The notes beneath the pieces are model-generated. The model was not told where the DNA came from, ran no database searches, and was given only the letters and a program-made list of their open reading frames with translations. A DNA stretch of 64,000 bases from an uncultured Gemmatimonadaceae bacterium (GTDB lineage: Bacteria; Gemmatimonadota; Gemmatimonadetes; Gemmatimonadales; Gemmatimonadaceae): contig CAVWQI010000003.1 of the NCBI GenBank assembly GCA_963757185.1, positions 1 through 64,000 of the forward strand, written 5' to 3'. How positions within the stretch are numbered: the first letter of the stretch is position 1; every line of letters starts with the position of its first letter. A program made the translations under genes and the position numbers. Positions 59,933 to 64,000 of the stretch are shown piece after piece.

Positions 59933-60554
59933 CCAGAATACCGGTGACTTCGAGCACGGACAGAATCCCGAGAACGATGAGCGCCAAGACGGCCAGGTGG
60001 CGCACCCGCCGCGGTGAGATGTGTGTCGCGATCCACGTGCGAATCCCCGACCCTAGCGTGACCGCGAGCCCGCCTTTCGTCACCATCGCTCCGACGGCCG
60101 CGATCCATACGATAAGCGCGGCGGTTCCGTGTGTGAGGCCTCGCCCCGGCGCGCTGCTCACGTTCGCCGCCGCCCAGACGCCGGCCGTGGTCATGCCCTT
60201 GTCGCCCCACTCTGAAAGAAAGATGGTCGTGAACGCGACCAGCGCGCCGTGAAAGATGCGCGAGTCCTTCTCCTTCGGCGTGCGCACGTCGGGCTGACGC
60301 CACATCGCGATGGCGACGCCAATGAAGCTGACGGCGGTCAACGCGGCGACGAGCCAGGGCGGAAGGAGCTTGCCGATCGTCGCGCCGACGGCTACCGCGA
60401 CCGCCATCTTGGCCATGAACGCGAGGCTCATCCCGGATATGACCGCGCCCCACCGGAAGCGCGTCGCCAGCACGCCCGACGTGTACAGCAGCTTGTCGCC
60501 GACGATCTCGGCGACGAAGACGGCGATGTACGTCGTGAGGAAAGTCTCGAGCAT
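59925..60554 (-). CDS. TMEM165/GDT1 (UPF0016) family membrane protein
   Basis: The ORF runs 59925..60683. The likely start is MLETFLTTYIAVFVAEIVGDK at 60554. Two E-x-G-D-K motifs (AEIVGDK, SEWGDKG). Confidence 0.75.
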   Translation of the reverse strand: MLETFLTTYIAVFVAEIVGDKLLYTSGVLATRFRWGAVISGMSLAFMAKMAVAVAVGATIGKLLPPWLVAALTAVSFIGVAIAMWRQPDVRTPKEKDSRIFHGALVAFTTIFLSEWGDKGMTTAGVWAAANVSSAPGRGLTHGTAALIVWIAAVGAMVTKGGLAVTLGSGIRTWIATHISPRRVRHLAVLALIVLGILSVLEVTGILVD

Positions 60555-60579
60555 CAGCCGGCGCCGCCGCGTCGGCTGA

Positions 60580-60846
60580 TCACGCGAAGCGGCGCTCGGA
60601 GCGTTCGCGGGCCTTGCGAGCTTCTTCCTCGCGGTTGCGAGGCGGAGCGTGGATCTCGAGCGAGTCGATGAGTTGCCGCGCAATGGCCGTCACGTCGTCG
60701 ACGGCCTGGTTGAAGGCGGCTTCATTGGCCCGCGACGGCTTCGTCGTCCCGCTGAGCTTGCGGACGAACTGCAACGCCGACGCTCGCACCTCGTCGTTCG
60801 TGGCGGGCGGGGCGAAATTGGCGAGAGTCTTGATGTTGCGACACAT
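60580..60846 (-). CDS. DUF2277 domain protein
   Basis: 88 aa. MCRNIKTLANFAPPATNDEVRASALQFVRKLSG matches the conserved N-terminus of the DUF2277 family. Confidence 0.6.
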   Translation of the reverse strand: MCRNIKTLANFAPPATNDEVRASALQFVRKLSGTTKPSRANEAAFNQAVDDVTAIARQLIDSLEIHAPPRNREEEARKARERSERRFA

Positions 60847-60919
60847 GGCGATAAAACCTCGGCTCTGCGGCTGACGGCCGATCTCGAAACGCCGTCCAAA
60901 TGTGAATATGCCCGTCGAT

Positions 60920-62200
60920 CTAAGGCGCGTCTACACTTCGCGCTCGCTGCAGTAGCAGCTCCCGCTCACGAGCATTACGCGTGAGTCCCGCCGCGCGCTC
61001 GAACTCGTCGCGCGCTTCGGACGATCGGCCGAGCTTCGACAAAAAGTCGCCGCGAACCGCCGGAAGCAGGTGATACGACTTGAGCGACGGCTCCTCCGCG
61101 ATCGAATCGACGATCTCGAGTCCCGCCGCCGGCCCGGACGCCATGGACACGGCGACCGCGCGATTCAGCTCGACGATCGGCGACGGAGTGAGAGTCGCGA
61201 GCTGGGAGTAGAGACTCGCGATGCGGTTCCAGTCGGTGTCCGAGGCGGCGCGCGCCCGAGCGTGGCAAGCCGCGATCTCTGCCTGCACGGTGTACGGTCC
61301 TCGCCCATGTTCGTCGGAGAGCGATTCGGCTCGCGCGAGCGCGTCGAGCCCGCGGCGGATCAGCAGCTGGTCCCACCGCGATCGATCCTGATCGAGCAGC
61401 AACACCGGTTCGCCGGTCGGACCCGTGCGCGCGCGTAAGCGCGACGCTTGAATCTCCATCAGCGCCACAAGTCCGTGGACCTCGGCGTCGTCGGGCACGA
61501 GGCCCGCGAGAATGCGGCCGAGGCGAAGTGCGTCCTCGCAGAGGGCGGGGCGCACCCAGTCGTCGCCGGCGGTCGCCGAGTAGCCCTCGTTGAATACGAG
61601 ATAGATCACCTGGAGCACGGACGACAGCCGCTCGTGGAACTCCGTGCCGCGCGGCACCTCGAATGGGACGCGCCCTTCCGCCAGCGTCTTCTTCGCGCGG
61701 ACGATCCGCTGCGCGATCGTCGGTTCGGGGACCAGAAACGCACGCGCGATCTCGTCGGTGGTCAGGCCACCGAGCAGGCGCAGCGTGAGTGCGACGCGCG
61801 CGTCGGTCGACAGGACCGGATGGCACGCGGTGAAGATGAGGCTGAGCAAGTCGTCACCGACGTGGTCGTCGATCGCGGCGTCGAGGTCCGGGATCGCCCG
61901 TTCGCGTTCGTCCTCGAGCTCGGCGCCGATCTGCGCGTGCTTTCGCTCGTGCAGTGCGTCGCGGCGCATCGCGTCGATGGCGCGGCGTTTGGCCGTGGTC
62001 ATGAGCCACGCGCCTGGATTGTCGGGCACCCCCGACGCCGGCCATTGCTCGAGCGCGGCAACGAGCGCGTCCTGTGCCAAGTCCTCTGCCAAACCGACGT
62101 CGCGGACGATGCGGGCCAACCCGGCGATGAGTTTCGCCGATTCGATGCGCCACACCGCCTCGATCGCGCGATGGGTCTCGGAAGCCGTCACGGCTTCCAA
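60920..62200 (-). CDS. ECF-type RNA polymerase sigma-70 factor with long C-terminal extension
   Basis: 426 aa. Sigma region 2 (LAEDLAQDALVAALEQW), region 4 (LTTDEIARAFLVPEPTIAQRIVRAKKTL), and a ~230-aa C-terminal helical/TPR-like extension (DUF6596-like). Confidence 0.85.
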   Translation of the reverse strand: MEAVTASETHRAIEAVWRIESAKLIAGLARIVRDVGLAEDLAQDALVAALEQWPASGVPDNPGAWLMTTAKRRAIDAMRRDALHERKHAQIGAELEDERERAIPDLDAAIDDHVGDDLLSLIFTACHPVLSTDARVALTLRLLGGLTTDEIARAFLVPEPTIAQRIVRAKKTLAEGRVPFEVPRGTEFHERLSSVLQVIYLVFNEGYSATAGDDWVRPALCEDALRLGRILAGLVPDDAEVHGLVALMEIQASRLRARTGPTGEPVLLLDQDRSRWDQLLIRRGLDALARAESLSDEHGRGPYTVQAEIAACHARARAASDTDWNRIASLYSQLATLTPSPIVELNRAVAVSMASGPAAGLEIVDSIAEEPSLKSYHLLPAVRGDFLSKLGRSSEARDEFERAAGLTRNARERELLLQRARSVDAP

Positions 62201-62252
62201 TCACATCAGCGCAACCGGGCGGGGCAAGGGCGTGGGACGAACTCGATAGCGG

Positions 62253-62684
62253 CTACCGCGAGCGGGCCGAGAGCTCCGCGCGCTGCCGCTCCTCCTGCTC
62301 GCGCAGCTCGGGTGTGTAGGCCGCGCCGAAGTCTTCCGCCTCGAATACCGGACGGATCTCGATCTCCGAGTCCTCGTTGGGCATCGGATTCGGGCAGCGC
62401 TTGACCCACTCGACGGCCTCGTCGATCGAGCGGACCTGCCAGATCCAGTAGCCGGCGACGAGCTCCTTGGTCTCGGCGAAGGGACCGTCCACGACGGTTC
62501 GCTTGGCGCCGCTGAACCGAATTCGCTTGCCGGCCGAGCTGGGCCTGAGCCCGTCGCCGGCGAGCATGATGCCGGCTTTCACGAGCTGGTCGTTGAAGGC
62601 TCCCATGTCCGTGAGGAGCTGGGTATCGGGGAGCGCGCCCGCTTCGGAATTCTTGCTCGCTTTGACTATCACCATGACGCGCAT
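62253..62684 (-). CDS. YciI-like (YCII-related) domain protein
   Basis: 143 aa. MRVMVIVKASKNSEAG…DGPFAETKELVAGYWIW… is typical of YciI/DGPF-family proteins, which are often paired with extended ECF sigma factors. Confidence 0.8.
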   Translation of the reverse strand: MRVMVIVKASKNSEAGALPDTQLLTDMGAFNDQLVKAGIMLAGDGLRPSSAGKRIRFSGAKRTVVDGPFAETKELVAGYWIWQVRSIDEAVEWVKRCPNPMPNEDSEIEIRPVFEAEDFGAAYTPELREQEERQRAELSARSR

Positions 62685-62968
62685 TGTCGTGTTCTCCTTT
62701 GGTTGACGCCTGGCGATTCGGATGGCCGGTTCGCCCTCGGAATCGCGGGTTCACTAATACGTCGAATGGAGTCGGCCGGAATCGACACGCGGATTTCGGG
62801 CCTCGAGGTCGTCACACGAACGGTCCGAGCCGGCAACTAAACCGCGTTTCCGAGACTTCATGCCAACGACGCCGTCGAAGGACGTGGTGCAAGAACAAAA
62901 TCGCCTCTGGCCGGCGCCACGGCACCAGGATATGCATAGAAGAGAAGTTGAGAACATCCGAGGTACCC

Positions 62969-64000
62969 ATGTTGAGCGGAAAACCTGCAGTTCTACGGTG
63001 GCGCTCGTCGCGCGAAACCCTCGCGCTGGCTTTGCTGGTTGCGGCAGCGTCGTCCGGCGCCGCTCAGTATCCCACACAACCCTCCGCGCAGTACACCGCG
63101 CAGTCAGGAAGGTCGGGCATCGATCCGCGTTGGACTCCGTGGATCGGATGCTGGCAGGCCGACACGACCGCGGCATACGCGGACCCATCGCAATCACTCT
63201 ACACCTGCGTCGTGCCGCTCCCGGGCACGACCGGTGTCCAACAGCTCACGATCGCGCGCGGCAAGGTCACCAGCCGACGCCGGCTCATCGCCAACGGAGC
63301 CAACAACTCGTTCGATGAGAACGGCTGTCACGGGACGCGCGCGGTCGAGTGGTCGTCGACGGGACGGCGCGCCTATATCCGCTCGAAGTACACGTGCGAC
63401 GTCGGGTTGACCGGCACGTCGAGCGGCGTGTTGGCGATTACGTCCACGGGCAACTGGCTCGAGGTGGAGACCGTGCACGCGGGGCAGGGATTGATCGAGC
63501 ACGTCGACCAGTGGGGTGAGGCTGGAATGCCGTCGAGCCTTCCGTCGGAAGTGTTCAACTCGCTCGAGTCTCGCCGAATGACGTCCACGACTGCGCGCGC
63601 GTCGGCCGCGGCGCCGCTCACGGTGGCTGAAGTCATCGACGCGTTGCACCACGTCGACTCGTCCGCCGTGCGCAGCCTGATCGTCGCGAGCGGGCAGCGA
63701 TTCAGCTTGAACGGCGACGAGGTCGCCGCGCTCTTCCGCTCCAACGTACCGCGCGGCGTCTTGCAGGCGATGGTTGCTTGGACACCGCAGCCGGGCGCCG
63801 AAGGGCCGGGTTACGATCCCGACGCCTATCTCCGCGCCACGGCAGGGATGAACTACGGACCGGGGCCGCAGGTGATCGTGATCCAGCCTGCGCAGCAGCA
63901 ACCAGGAATCGTCGTGACGCAGGAAGTGACGCCCGAGCCGATGTCGCCGACATACTGCACGGCGCTCGGCTGCTACCCGACCAACCAGATGTCCGCGTAC
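62969..64000 (+). CDS. hypothetical secreted protein (3'-truncated by the window end)
   Basis: Open frame from the ATG at 62969 to the window end, with no stop and GC3-rich codon usage. Signal peptide LALALLVAAASSGAAQ. It is not in the ORF track because it lacks a stop. Confidence 0.5.
   Translation, partial: MLSGKPAVLRWRSSRETLALALLVAAASSGAAQYPTQPSAQYTAQSGRSGIDPRWTPWIGCWQADTTAAYADPSQSLYTCVVPLPGTTGVQQLTIARGKVTSRRRLIANGANNSFDENGCHGTRAVEWSSTGRRAYIRSKYTCDVGLTGTSSGVLAITSTGNWLEVETVHAGQGLIEHVDQWGEAGMPSSLPSEVFNSLESRRMTSTTARASAAAPLTVAEVIDALHHVDSSAVRSLIVASGQRFSLNGDEVAALFRSNVPRGVLQAMVAWTPQPGAEGPGYDPDAYLRATAGMNYGPGPQVIVIQPAQQQPGIVVTQEVTPEPMSPTYCTALGCYPTNQMSAY

Overview
This is a high-GC (about 68%) chromosomal window from an unidentified soil bacterium. 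The SusC/SusD pair points tentatively to Gemmatimonadota or a related lineage; no rRNA, tRNA or CRISPR is visible to place it. I can support about 50 protein-coding genes. Many six-frame ORFs are antisense or alternative-frame artefacts of the GC-rich sequence.

Landmarks, start to end:
- SusD-SusC on the minus strand, divergent from uxuA.
- Type IV pilus motor genes pilB, pilT and pilC, followed by a TonB-like gene.
- A membrane-associated polyamine cluster: SPFH/YdjI-like protein, SpeH, DUF4178, DUF350, a membrane-anchored SpeE and a Tat-secreted flavin amine oxidase.
- A five-gene catabolic operon: creatininase family, ketopantoate reductase family, SDR, M20 dipeptidase and APC permease.
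- A secreted peptidase/inhibitor region with two CocE/NonD hydrolases and a serpin.
- LigD divergent from a Ku-DUF72-nuclease/helicase operon.
- Further on: cyclophilin, an amidohydrolase, an S9 peptidase, an amidase, a UvrD-family helicase carrying an internal DEDDh exonuclease domain, then an ECF sigma factor with a YciI-like partner.

The strongest candidates for an undescribed system:
1. The Ku-DUF72-nuclease/helicase operon next to LigD. The 1146-aa nuclease-helicase combines a RecB-type PD-(D/E)xK nuclease, an RNase H-like exonuclease domain and an SF1B helicase.
2. The UvrD-exonuclease fusion.
3. The SPFH/DUF4178/DUF350/SpeE polyamine cluster.

Non-coding structure is also notable. A (CGGTGGAC)n octamer microsatellite occurs at four loci in gene-specific orientation. 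There are two families of MITE-like palindromic elements, mostly between convergent genes.

At least five genes carry single-site frame disruptions, some at homopolymers or simple repeats. These may be assembly errors or real pseudogenes or phase-variation sites; read-level evidence is needed to tell. Coordinates of non-ORF features are approximate, give or take a few bases.
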